Positions 24,685 to 36,209 of a stretch of DNA of 64,000 nucleotides are shown here, piece by piece. Both the position numbers and the translations under genes were made by a program. The DNA is from Adineta vaga. Taxonomy: Eukaryota > Animalia > Rotifera. The stretch covers positions 13,826,001-13,890,000 of the forward strand of contig CP075492.1 of assembly GCA_021613535.1 (NCBI GenBank). Reading direction: 5' to 3'. The notes beneath the pieces were generated by a model. That model was not told the DNA's origin. It searched no databases and worked only from the letters and a program-made list of their open reading frames with translations. How positions within the stretch are numbered: position 1 is the first letter of the stretch; every line of letters begins with the position of its first letter.

Positions 24685-25671
24685 AGTGATATAATATTCA
24701 GGCAGGCCTTCAGAATATGTTATCTTTTTCTTCGTTTCAGTTTTTTAACTTTTCATCTTCTATCTCAACAGTTACCTCGTGTATTTATCTATATGATTTT
24801 CGTTTGTTATCGGAATCTAAGTGAAAATAAAGTGCTTTTATCGTCTTTCGAAACATTATAGCATTCTGAAGAAGAAGTGTATCCATTATAAAAAGTGAAA
24901 TGTTTCTAACTATGATTTACTCGTTTCCCTATCTTTTTATGACGTGAAGAAATTAACTCTTTAATTTATTTATAATTTATCCACTCTACGTTGAAGATGC
25001 TTCGATATTTTCTACTAAGTTTAACAGAGATACTGTGGCAATGAACAACTTTTCTGATCATGCTACATGTCAGGTTTTCACAAGCCACAAACAAATGGTT
25101 GTTCTTTTTCAACCTTTACCTGCTATTCTATCTTGTAATAATCCAAGATAGACTTTACAAAAAAGTGAGCGATTACATATAATTTCTATTTTAAATAGTT
25201 ATGAATACAGTCGAACAGTATAATATTAATATCTGTCCTCCAAGAAATCTTCTTATTGACAACAATGGTTTCTACTAGTAGTTATTATCGTATTTTATTG
25301 TATGGAATCAATTCACCTACTACATTCTATTATTTTACTATCTATTCCGATTATAAACCGATATACATATTGAAATCATCAACCGACGTATTTCTAGTGT
25401 TACAATCGATTCATGTGAACGAATTGGGCAGCTGATCAATTTTCTTATATTTATATTTATGATCCCTTCACTGGCGGATTACTAGCTCAAAGATTTTTTT
25501 AAAAAGATACATTAAACTGAAAGCTTTTCAAAACTCATGTTGATGACAAAACACTTCGACTAGTTAGTAAACGCATTCATGCATATACGTCTGCTAATGT
25601 CTTGGAAAAAAAATATTCACATCGTTTTATCTTCTATCCTTAAAAATAAAGACGTTGATCTGCAAGCATTT

Positions 25672-26589
25672 ATGAATAACTCATCATCAACAAACAATTT
25701 TGAAACATGGTTTATATCTTGTGATATTTTCATGATTATTTGTCTGATTTTAGTTATTCTACTAAATAGTTTATTTCTATACATTATCGTCCGAGATAAA
25801 ACATGTCATACAATTTCTATGTTATTATTTGCGAATTCATGTTACGCTCAACTTATCTTTGCAGGTGACATACTTATCATGGGTATATTTACATTAAAAA
25901 ATGATCTAGAACAAATTTATTATCAAAATTCTTTATGTCTATTTTGTGGATATTTAAGTTATGCTTTATGTAGTATAATGAATTATTCGTTCGTTCTACA
26001 AGCAATTTATCGGTATGCAATTGTAGTTTATCCAACTCGTTTAATTTGGCAATCGAAGAAAACACAAATGTTTCTTATTTGTTCTGCATGGATATTCGCC
26101 TTTCTCTTTCCATTACCATTTCTATTTACCAATGATATTACATATGATTCTAATAATCAATTATGTCAAATTCCATTTCAATTATCATTTTCTCTTCTTT
26201 TTGTCATGTCAAATGCATACATAATTCCAGTTACAATTATACAAGTGATCTATTTGAATTTAGTTCAGTATGTGAAAGAAATGAATCAACGTGTCACAGT
26301 TGAAAATACATTATTACGTGTACGAAATGAATTAAAAATGGTTCGTCGAATTGTTATACTTGTCACCATTTTAGTTCTACTTGGTTTACCATATGTGTCA
26401 TTTTTATTCATGTCATTTTTTACAAATCCACCAAAATATCATTTTCGAATATCATCGATATTTATCAATTCAGCATTGCTATTCATAACTCTTATTTCAT
26501 TTCAATTTACAGATCCATTGAAAGCATCACTCATGAAAATAATAAAACTACAACCGAATGTTGTTGTACCATCCGTAAGACATCAATAA
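25672..26589 (+). CDS. Rhodopsin-like GPCR, paralogue of 57301-58200
   Basis: 7TM pattern, LQAIYRY, ELKMVRRIVIL; likely start MNNSSS at 25672. Confidence 0.85.
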   Translation: MNNSSSTNNFETWFISCDIFMIICLILVILLNSLFLYIIVRDKTCHTISMLLFANSCYAQLIFAGDILIMGIFTLKNDLEQIYYQNSLCLFCGYLSYALCSIMNYSFVLQAIYRYAIVVYPTRLIWQSKKTQMFLICSAWIFAFLFPLPFLFTNDITYDSNNQLCQIPFQLSFSLLFVMSNAYIIPVTIIQVIYLNLVQYVKEMNQRVTVENTLLRVRNELKMVRRIVILVTILVLLGLPYVSFLFMSFFTNPPKYHFRISSIFINSALLFITLISFQFTDPLKASLMKIIKLQPNVVVPSVRHQ

Positions 26590-27929
26590 TTGAATTAAGA
26601 AAACTAATTTTGAACTAATCGATGTTATAAGACTTGATGATAAGAATGGTTCAATACCCATACTATCGTTGTACTTCAACAATATCTATTACTTAAAAAA
26701 CATGAATATTGGATCAAAAGATATTTTTTCATCAGACAATTGATTTACGATTGATAATGTTTTTCCATTCGTCTCATAGCATCGAGAATCAATGCAGTAT
26801 GATTTGGCACTAGATAAAAATATGCTTGTCTCAATCATAAAAGCATGAAGAAGAATAGTATTTTTCTAATATATATGAATTGACGATTTCATATCATAAG
26901 GAACGACACTATTTGGTCATCGTTGCCAGGATGGTCGACTAGCTACTTCTCGGTTGTAATTACAAACACAAAATAATTTATGTAAGTTATATAGAAAGAT
27001 TTCTACTGGTGCATCCTGGGGAAGAACCGTGTCACCTTGATAATCGCCACCTAAAACGAGAATCACATCTTTCGTAAAGAATAGTTTGAAAAAAGATAGA
27101 TAGAAATCTATTTCACCTGAATTACGAAGAGATCCAACCTATATGTGTGTAGATATTCTTACTTCGAATGCACGCGTCCTGCAATAATCCAAATCTTGTA
27201 AAAAGTAGAGATTATAACAAAAGTAATAAACCACTGCATCATTTAATGAATAAAATACGAAATAAGAATGAACATTTGAAATGCATCTGTTTTACATAAT
27301 ATCAGTAAAATCTTAAAGCGATTTATATATATCATAGGATGCTTTATATCTCATTATGTTCTCTCACCAAGTAGCTTTATAACATACTTCCAATCGTTAT
27401 ATATTCACTGTCGTTTTGACAATAAAACACTTGATTTATACCGAAAAATGATTTCGTCTTTTAGTATAATAAGTTTAGTCAAAGCAAATACGTGGGTTTC
27501 GAAAACCCTGAGACTTCATTCATAAAAAAATCTAATTGTTATTTTATTGTATCACTGATCTCGTCTTACACCTTCGACTCAACTTTTGACTTGTCATTCC
27601 GTTCTAAAACATGAATAGATACAATGATAACTTTTATAGATAAGGTCTTCTAATTTTCAATAACATTTTCGTTTTCATGAATCAACTCAAATACATCACA
27701 TGCATTTACTTTTACCATAACGTGACAGCTTTTATAACTACCTTTTTTCTTCCATTACTCATTGAATTTTTTCAATCTATGTTTCTATAAATGATTCCAT
27801 TTTTTTTACAGAGATTCTATAATTCTGTTCAATTTATATCTTAGGTGTGAATACTATAGTCGAAGTCAATCGGACAAATCTATCGAACATCAATAGAAAT
27901 CAATTAGATCTCGGTTTTGTTATATTCAC

Positions 27930-28540
27930 AATTGGTCGACACCACACACACATAAATGCCGATAAATAAGAAAGCATGAGAGCATATTACATGGTAATTT
28001 TAAAAAGCTGAGAAATAATAAAGGTGGTTTACTTTCACTTAACAGTTTTTTTTTATCAGCAATCAATTTGTTATTTTGGTTGCGTGAAATTCGCGAAAGA
28101 TCTTTATTTTCTAGAAGAGATTTTCATAAAAAAAGCATTTGAATTGCATGAAAAGGTGCTAACAAGTCGGCAGACGTATCTTCCTACCTATCGTGATATT
28201 GCTGAGGTTTTTCGAAAACAAAAGAAAGAATTTGGCATTCAATAAGATTAAAACACAAACAATCCACAAGTACTGTTGCTTTTAATCGAAACCAAGACGT
28301 TGTTTATTTCGGTCAAAATGATTATTCTCAAGCATCTTCTTGAATATTATCAGGAATCATCATCTCCCGATATAGTTGACGTACACAATCGTATGGCTGT
28401 GACTTATTATTTTTAGGCAATCTCAGTGAAGTGCTTTTCTATTTTGAAAAATCATAGTGATATTTTTCAATCTATTCTATTTTCGAACCATCAGATCTGT
28501 TAAACATACAAAATAATTTCTTTAATTATCTCAATCTACA
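27930..28540 (+). pseudogene. Degraded ART-TPR remnant
   Basis: FKKLRNNKGGLLSLNSF resembles KIKTSQGGLLSFNSFL of the intact genes; TPR-like AFELHEKVL..YRDIAEVF; many breaks. May extend upstream. Confidence 0.55.
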
Positions 28541-28599
28541 ATTTATTCAAATATCTACGTTTTTTTTCCTAGTCTTTCACAAACAAATAAACAATAAAA

Positions 28600-30322
28600 T
28601 CATGTCCATTTTAAATATATCTCATTTTTTACGTGTTCAATCATAAAATTATCAAGTAAATTATGTCTGTGAACCAGTTTTGATAAATCTTTGACCGTAT
28701 CATTATCAATAGTTGGAAGAACAATGGAAAATAATCGAAGTAAACTATCTGATTTCGATTGAATATCTGTTAAAATAAGTCCGATACATGATTCTGCATG
28801 TTGATAATTCTTACATTTGATATGAAGATGATTGACACGAGAAGCAATTAAAGCTAAAAAATACACGTCAGCCATTTGACCCATTTCTTGAAGGAAAATT
28901 TTCGTCAAACGATTTTTATGAAATAATAAACATAAGAATTGAATTTCTTCATCAGATATTTGTGATGAATCTTTATATGATAATCGAAATAATGTTAATG
29001 TTTCAACATCTGGTAATTGAAATAAAATGTCCGTTAATTGTTCAAGAGAAATAATCATTGATATTTCTAAATGATAAATTTTTGTTACAGTTAATGCATG
29101 ATGAATGTATTCATGAATATATATAGTTTTCGTCCATCTTTCTGGTGTTGCTTCACTAACATCAAATGTAACAGATTTCGATAAATCTTTCGATTTCATA
29201 TCATATTCATACCATTTTTTTCTAAAATGAAAGAAAGTATAATAAGAAAAAAAAAGAACAGTTCATTATCATTTACTTGTATGGTTGAATTGAATAGATT
29301 AAATTTTCAAATTCATTTTCAACTTTGAATATCCATTGTCGTTCGATCCAAAATGATGAACTAAATTGATTTTGTTCTCCTAAATACATTGGTGTTGCAT
29401 AATCTTCAGCAAAATGAATTATATATTTGAAATAGAAGCTTTTTAATTGGACTAAATTTGTTCGAAGAAAATTTTCCCATCGTATTGCATCGAGATAAGA
29501 TGAATCTTCGTGATTGATGTCCAATTGTAGAATTTTTAAATTTAATGATAAGTTTTTAAGCAAAATTTCTAATTCATCAAATGTCAATTGATAGATTTCA
29601 ATAGAAAGTTTCGTTAAATTCATTAATGATATTGGTCCAATAGTATTCAGATTAATCGTTGTATCAGTAACATTTAAAAATTTCAAATGACGAAGTTGTG
29701 GTGTGTATGATAATATTGTAAAAAGTTCTTTGATAGAACAAGGATGAATAATAATAAGATATTCAATCGATGTCATTTGTTTTTCAGTTGCCATTGGTAA
29801 GGAAGTAATGATATTGAATTCATTTGTTTCAGAAGTTACGTATTTCAGATATTTCAATTGAGGTAGATTGAATATTAATTGATAAATATATCCAAGATCT
29901 TGTTTTGCAGGCCACATATCAATTGTTAATGAGTAGAGACGTGGTAAAAAAGCAAGTTGTTGAAGAAGTGAAATTAGAATATCTGGTTGAATCGAATTAA
30001 AAGCGAGTGTTTGAAGAGATTGAAATGATAAATCGAAAGTTATTGTTGACAAGATAAGCTTGGAAGATTCTGGTTCCCATGAATGAATCGATACTATTTG
30101 ATGTTGATGATGAAGAAATATTTCTTTATAATTATGAAGAAAGATTCGTTTGGATCGAAGATAATTATCAGTCACTTTTAAGCGAGTTAATGATGAATTG
30201 AGAAGTAATCGAAAACGATTGTTAAGATTTGAAAATCCATGAAAAATGACATATGCATCGAGATAATCGAAGATTTCACAAAAGATTTCATTTGATAAGT
30301 TTTCAAAAGACTTTATCGACAT
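28600..30322 (-). CDS. F-box/LRR-like protein (exons 30322-29277, 29221-28600)
   Basis: FENLSNEIFCEIFDYL F-box-like start, LxxLxL repeats; a 55 nt intron joins QPYK to KKWYEYDMKS in frame. Confidence 0.85.
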
Positions 30323-31088
30323 ACTAAACGAAAATGGTATAAGATAAGAATACGAAATTCATCGTTACTTACATTGTATATGTATATATAACAAAGAAAA
30401 TTTTGATCAGAATAATCAGAATGAAAAGAATATTTTCGACTGTATGGAAAAACCTCTCGATAGATGTCAGAGCATGATTTTCGCGTATCGATATAATTGA
30501 TACGAATATAAGATGGTCGATAAATGAAAAGACGAGAACGAAAAAAGTAACTATAGAATTTGTTCTATCCTTATTAATTCAATTGTATATCTTTTTTTTT
30601 TCTCAAAAGAAAGTATGAATTTATTTCTTAGATCAGAAACTTTACACTTTTCAATTTACTTGTATGGTTGAATCGAATGAAGAATAAGTGATTCAAGACA
30701 AAGAAATAATGAATCGAGAATTAATATAGAAAATTATTCGACACGTTAAATAACAATGAAAGACTGCTGAACATTAAGGAAAATAAAAGAAAAAAAGTGG
30801 ATATAACGATGACTATAGTTTTTCTTCGAATATAGTGTGAATTTACAATTCATTTACTATCCAGATATCTCACAATTCCTGTTACGATAGCTTTGCAATG
30901 TTCATTGTATGAAAAAATAGACAATGAAAATGATAATTGTCATAATGATGTTTGACAATATCTAATTTTCTTCAGTATTACTAAACCGTAAAATATTTTA
31001 AATTACACTTACAAGCTTTCACCGGCAGATATTCTCTGACTACATTTATTATATCAAATAAAGGAAAACTTGGCAGAAAAAAAATTAA

Positions 31089-34000
31089 TCACTGTTTCTT
31101 TCGCAGACGATCTACTAAACCTTGATTGTCTTTTACTTCAGAATGGTCAGAACCATATGCTAAACGAGCAGCAACGACAGATCGTTCAGCATGTTTAAGA
31201 GCTGAAGTAACATTTCCTAGATCTTCATATGCTCGAGCCGTGTTGTAATACATAATAGCCATCGACTGATGATTAGGAGAAGGTAATGTTTCTTGAATTT
31301 TGAGCGATTTCTCGTAAAATTCAACCGCAGCGGATTTATTTTCTATTGATGAATATATTGAAGCAATGCCACTGTAGAGCGAGACTAGTGTTGGATCATT
31401 CGATGGCAGTTTTTTCTCTCGAATAGCTACAGCTTTTTCATAATATTTAAGAGCATTTTGTTTATCGTCCATTGAACTGTAAACATTAGCGATGTTGTTA
31501 TAGTTAGTTGCTAAATCAAGACCATCTGTGGATGAAGATTTTTCGCGAATTGCGATTGACTTCTTATAATATTCGATGGCTTTTTCATAATCTTTCAATG
31601 AATAATGTTTTGATGCAATGTTAGTATAGTTTTCAGCCAATACAGGATCATTGGCAAGAAGAACTTTTACTCGAATCGCTAATGCTTTCTCGAAGTATAA
31701 CAGAGCATTTGATTCATCATCAATCCAAGTATAGGTGTTAGCAATATTATTGTAGTTAATGGCTAATTCCAATTCATCTCTTGAAGGTGATTTTTCTCGC
31801 ACAGAAGCTGCTTTTTTGTAAAAAGAGACTGCTTGTACGTAATCTTTCATATTAAAGTACATTGAACCAATATTGTTGTAAGTTGACGCCAGTGTCAAAT
31901 CATCCGAAGATAATTTTTTCTCTTGAATAGCTAAAGCTTTTTGGTAATATTTAAGAGCATTTCGCTTATCTTCTATCGAACTATACGCCGCAGCTATATT
32001 ATTGTAATTAGTAGCCAATTCTAAATCATCTGTTGATGACGATATCTCGCGAATGGCTATCGATTTCTTATAGTATTCAATTGCTTTTCCATAATCTTTC
32101 ATTGAATTATATTTTGATGCAATATTAGTATAGTTTGTAGCCAATACAGGATCATTGGCAAGAAGAACTTTTACTCGAATCGCTAATGCTTTCTCGAAGT
32201 ATAACAGAGCATTTGATTCATCATCAATCCAAGTATAGGTGTTAGCAATATTATTGTAGTTAATGGCTAATTCCAATTCATCTCTTGACGATGATTTTTC
32301 TCGAACAGAAGCTGCTTTTTTGTAAAAAGAGACTGCTTGTACGTAATCTTTCATATTAAAGTACATTGAACCAATATTGTTGTAAGTTGACGCCAATGTC
32401 AAATCATCCGAAGATAATTTTTTCTCTCGAATAGCTAAAGCTTTTTGGTAATATTTAAGAGCATTTTGCTTATCTTCCATCGAACTATAACTAACTCCAA
32501 TATTATTATAATTAGTCGCCAATTCTAAATCATCTGTTGATGAAGATTTCTCGCGAATGGCTATCGATTTCTTATAGTATTCAATTGCTTTTCCATAATC
32601 TTTCATCGAATTATGAATAGACGCGATACTAGTGTAGTTTACTGCTAAAATAGGATCATCGAGAGAAAGAACTCTTTCTCGCACAACCAGTGCTTTTTCA
32701 TAATATTGAAGTGCATTTGACCAATCATCCATCCAGCTGTATGTATTGGCAATACTATTGTAACTGATGGCTAACTCAGCATCATCTCTTGTCGATGATT
32801 TTTCTCGGATTGTACTGGCTTTTTTGTAAAACAAAACGGCATTTGAATAATCCTTCAGATCAAAATAGACCGAAGCAACATTGTTGTAACTCGTGGCGAG
32901 TATTAAATCATCAGAAGACAACTTCTTTTCTCGTATTGCTAAAGCCTTTTGGTAGTATCGAAGAGCATTTGATTTCTCATTCGTCCAACTATAGGTTGCA
33001 CCAATATTGTTGTAGGTAGTTGCCAGTTCGAGGTCATCTGTTAAAGAAGACTTTTCACGTATATGAGCTGCTTTCTTATAGAATGACACTGCTTTTGCAT
33101 AATCCTTCATATTAAAATATACCGAAGCGATATTGCTATACGTCGAAGCAAGTATTAAACTGTCTGAAGACAATTTCTTTTCTCGAATCACACGTGCTTT
33201 CTCGTGAAATTCAAGTGCTTTCGAGTATTCTTTCATAGAATTATATACTAATCCGATATTACTATACGAAGTGGCTATATCTCGATGATCTTCAGGAAGT
33301 AGTTTTTGTTCAATCGCAAGTGATTTCTCGTAATAGGAGAGTGCCTTCTCATGTTCGTCCATTGCATCATAAGTTAAACCAAGGCTGTTATATATCATAG
33401 CGAGATCACGATTCTCTGAAAAAGAAGATTTGTTCTGTATTTTGAGTGCTTTTTCGAAGAACGAAAGAGCAACGGTATATTCTTTCATTGCATGATGTGT
33501 GGATCCGATCTTGCTATAGGTTGTAGCTGCTTTATTTGACTGACAAAGCTGTGGATTGTTCTGACAAATGTCACATGCTTTTTGATACATTGAAAGTGCT
33601 GTCGAGTAGTCTTTCATCGAGTGATAAACGGATCCGATATTATTGTATGAAGTGACGAGTGATGGATGGTTGGGAGGCAATGTAGTTTGTTCCATTTCAA
33701 GTGACTTTTTGTAAGATGCTAACGCTTTTTCATGATCATTCATCGAACTATAGATTGTGCCAAGATTATTATAACTAATAGCTGTATCAGGATGGTTTGG
33801 AGGAAGTGCTCGTTCTCGAATATTAAGCGCTTTCTGATAGTACGATAATGCAGTTGTCTTTTCATCCATTGAACTATACACCGACCCCAAATGATTGTAA
33901 GTATTGGCAAGATTAGGATGATCTTCTGAAAAAGCTTGTTTTTGGATATTCAATGCCTTTTCAAAACAAGAGATTGCACGAGGATAATCATCCATATCAT

Positions 34001-36209
34001 CGTATATTGAGCCGAGACAATTGTATGTACTGGCATTATCTGGATGATTAGCAGGAAGAGATAGTTCTCGAATTTGTCGTGCTTTTTCATAATATTCCAG
34101 TGCTTTCTTTTTGTCACCCAGTGAACTATGAATGGATCCAAAATTGCCATAGCTTGTAGCTAAATCTGGATGTTTTGGAGGAAGAGATCTCTCATAAACA
34201 TCAAGTGCTTTTCGAGAAAATTCGAGAGCCTTTAAGTAATCACCCATCTCTTGGTGGAGTCTACTAATATGGCTAAACATTGATCCACAATTAGGATGGT
34301 TTTGTGGAAGTGTCTTCTGTCGAATTGCGAGGGCTTTTTGATACAATGAGAGTGCTTTATCAAAGTCCGCTAGTGTAAGATGCACTGAACCGATACTTGT
34401 GTATGTTGTAGCAAGTAAAGGATCATCTGGAGGAAGATGTTTCTCTTCTATATCTAGTGCCTTTTTATATGACGACAGAGCAGATTTGTAATCACCTAAT
34501 GATAGATACACTCCAGCAATATTATTATATGTTGTTGCCAGTGATGGATCATCAGCTCCCACGACAGCTGTTTTACTTCGCAGAGCCTTATCATAGTATG
34601 CAAGTGCGGTCTTGTAATCACCTTTTGCACTAAACACATATCCCAGTTGATGATTAAGATGAAAATGCTTATTTGCGTTCTCTTCATCGGTTGAGTCGAC
34701 TTGTGTGCCATAAATATCATGCGCTTGATCAAATTCACCCATCTTCAACATCAAATGACCAAGTCTACTTAGTGGATCACCTTCGCCAAGTTCTTTTCTC
34801 ATATAATCACCCAAAAGTTTCATTTGTGGATCATTGTCACTTGTAAGAGATAGATTGACTTGCCAAAATCGATCAGCAAGTTGTTTTGTATCCATAATTC
34901 GAAATACAGTATGCATTGAAAAAAGCATTTCACTTTCATACTGATATGTACTTTCTTTGTCTATAAATGCATATGGAACAAATGAAACCTTTGGATTGAT
35001 TTCCATTTGAAAGAGAATTGCAAATGTTTTATCATCTTGACATGCGTTTTTGGCGAAATTTCGTGATATTTTCTTATCCAATGATGTCGATAAAAAACTA
35101 TTAAATGAAAGAAGACCACCTTGACTTGTTTTTATCTTTTCTAATTCTTCAGGTGCCATACCTTGGCCACGATAAACAATGAACTTTTCACCTTCACTCG
35201 TTTCTGATTGTTCTCTATGTAGTTCTACAATTTTTTCATGAAGATCTTTCACAAAAAATCCCATTTTCATGATTGCTTCAACATCTTGTGTTCTCAATGC
35301 TCGATTTAATGAGCCGTAAAGAAAAGATTCTTTTGTATACCATGAAATAGCTAGATCAGTCGTATACTCTACTGCAAATTCATCGATAAGAGACAATTGA
35401 TAATAACTATCGGCATATTTTGTTTGACAATATTCGATCAGTTTAGTTTTTGCTTCTGAATCATGTTTCATTTCGAGTAAGATTTCTTTGAGTAACTGCG
35501 TATACATATATGATTGATCTAATTCGTTTTCCACTGAGCTTGGAACATCCATTCGACGGATGATACTAATCGGTGTCAGACTTCCAACTAGACCACTATC
35601 AGCTTTGATCTTTTGAAAGATCTCTTCCATAGTGAACAAGATTTCTTTTACTTTTTGTGAATATTTATTAGCCCAAAGTAAACGTTGTCGTTTTGTTTCA
35701 CTAAATATATAAATAGCTTCAACCTGTGGTTTATCATGGATGAGTGGCAGGAGTTCTTCTCCAAGAGAATCTGATACGATAATAAAAATCTTCTTATCAT
35801 GAATATTGTCGACATGGTTGACACATTGTTTGGAATTAGTACATGTGTAGATTATAGATGTAATACGTTGAAGTTTTGTTACTGAATCATGATAGAGCTT
35901 TTTCGACAAATCGATACCTTGATCCGCCCAAATAATAACAATATTTTGATTAACATCGTGGGTCGAATGTATTGAAGGATTCTTATTCTTTTTCTCTGAA
36001 CTGTGTGGTTTGACAGCAGTAGTATTTGATTCAGTTGCCTTGTTATTTATATTTTTGTTCACAGTGGATTGTGGCGAAGAATTTACTGTTTGTAAGTTAG
36101 AAATAATAGGTATAGCGATGTCCTCGACTTGTTTATCATTTGTAGTGGAACTGGACACTAACGGCTCAGAAATAACATGAACAGTCGGGGAACTAGGTCC
36201 ACATCCCAT
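31089..36209 (-). CDS. 1706 aa receiver-like + R-S-E ADP-ribosyltransferase + TPR-array protein (copy A)
   Basis: MGCGPS start; WYTKESFLY, VYRGQ, FLSTS, ESEMLF; about 28-29 42-aa TPR units; intronless. Confidence 0.92.
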   Translation of the reverse strand: MGCGPSSPTVHVISEPLVSSSTTNDKQVEDIAIPIISNLQTVNSSPQSTVNKNINNKATESNTTAVKPHSSEKKNKNPSIHSTHDVNQNIVIIWADQGIDLSKKLYHDSVTKLQRITSIIYTCTNSKQCVNHVDNIHDKKIFIIVSDSLGEELLPLIHDKPQVEAIYIFSETKRQRLLWANKYSQKVKEILFTMEEIFQKIKADSGLVGSLTPISIIRRMDVPSSVENELDQSYMYTQLLKEILLEMKHDSEAKTKLIEYCQTKYADSYYQLSLIDEFAVEYTTDLAISWYTKESFLYGSLNRALRTQDVEAIMKMGFFVKDLHEKIVELHREQSETSEGEKFIVYRGQGMAPEELEKIKTSQGGLLSFNSFLSTSLDKKISRNFAKNACQDDKTFAILFQMEINPKVSFVPYAFIDKESTYQYESEMLFSMHTVFRIMDTKQLADRFWQVNLSLTSDNDPQMKLLGDYMRKELGEGDPLSRLGHLMLKMGEFDQAHDIYGTQVDSTDEENANKHFHLNHQLGYVFSAKGDYKTALAYYDKALRSKTAVVGADDPSLATTYNNIAGVYLSLGDYKSALSSYKKALDIEEKHLPPDDPLLATTYTSIGSVHLTLADFDKALSLYQKALAIRQKTLPQNHPNCGSMFSHISRLHQEMGDYLKALEFSRKALDVYERSLPPKHPDLATSYGNFGSIHSSLGDKKKALEYYEKARQIRELSLPANHPDNASTYNCLGSIYDDMDDYPRAISCFEKALNIQKQAFSEDHPNLANTYNHLGSVYSSMDEKTTALSYYQKALNIRERALPPNHPDTAISYNNLGTIYSSMNDHEKALASYKKSLEMEQTTLPPNHPSLVTSYNNIGSVYHSMKDYSTALSMYQKACDICQNNPQLCQSNKAATTYSKIGSTHHAMKEYTVALSFFEKALKIQNKSSFSENRDLAMIYNSLGLTYDAMDEHEKALSYYEKSLAIEQKLLPEDHRDIATSYSNIGLVYNSMKEYSKALEFHEKARVIREKKLSSDSLILASTYSNIASVYFNMKDYAKAVSFYKKAAHIREKSSLTDDLELATTYNNIGATYSWTNEKSNALRYYQKALAIREKKLSSDDLILATSYNNVASVYFDLKDYSNAVLFYKKASTIREKSSTRDDAELAISYNSIANTYSWMDDWSNALQYYEKALVVRERVLSLDDPILAVNYTSIASIHNSMKDYGKAIEYYKKSIAIREKSSSTDDLELATNYNNIGVSYSSMEDKQNALKYYQKALAIREKKLSSDDLTLASTYNNIGSMYFNMKDYVQAVSFYKKAASVREKSSSRDELELAINYNNIANTYTWIDDESNALLYFEKALAIRVKVLLANDPVLATNYTNIASKYNSMKDYGKAIEYYKKSIAIREISSSTDDLELATNYNNIAAAYSSIEDKRNALKYYQKALAIQEKKLSSDDLTLASTYNNIGSMYFNMKDYVQAVSFYKKAASVREKSPSRDELELAINYNNIANTYTWIDDESNALLYFEKALAIRVKVLLANDPVLAENYTNIASKHYSLKDYEKAIEYYKKSIAIREKSSSTDGLDLATNYNNIANVYSSMDDKQNALKYYEKAVAIREKKLPSNDPTLVSLYSGIASIYSSIENKSAAVEFYEKSLKIQETLPSPNHQSMAIMYYNTARAYEDLGNVTSALKHAERSVVAARLAYGSDHSEVKDNQGLVDRLRKKQ

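Noticed and set aside
30655-30685. Short match to the F-box exon 1 end (tttacttgtatggttgaat)
   Set aside because: Only ~20 bp; possibly a paralogue relic but too short to call.
32789-33019. Near-identical 76 aa plus-strand ORFs at 32789 and 43527
   Set aside because: Antisense shadows of the homogenised TPR tract.
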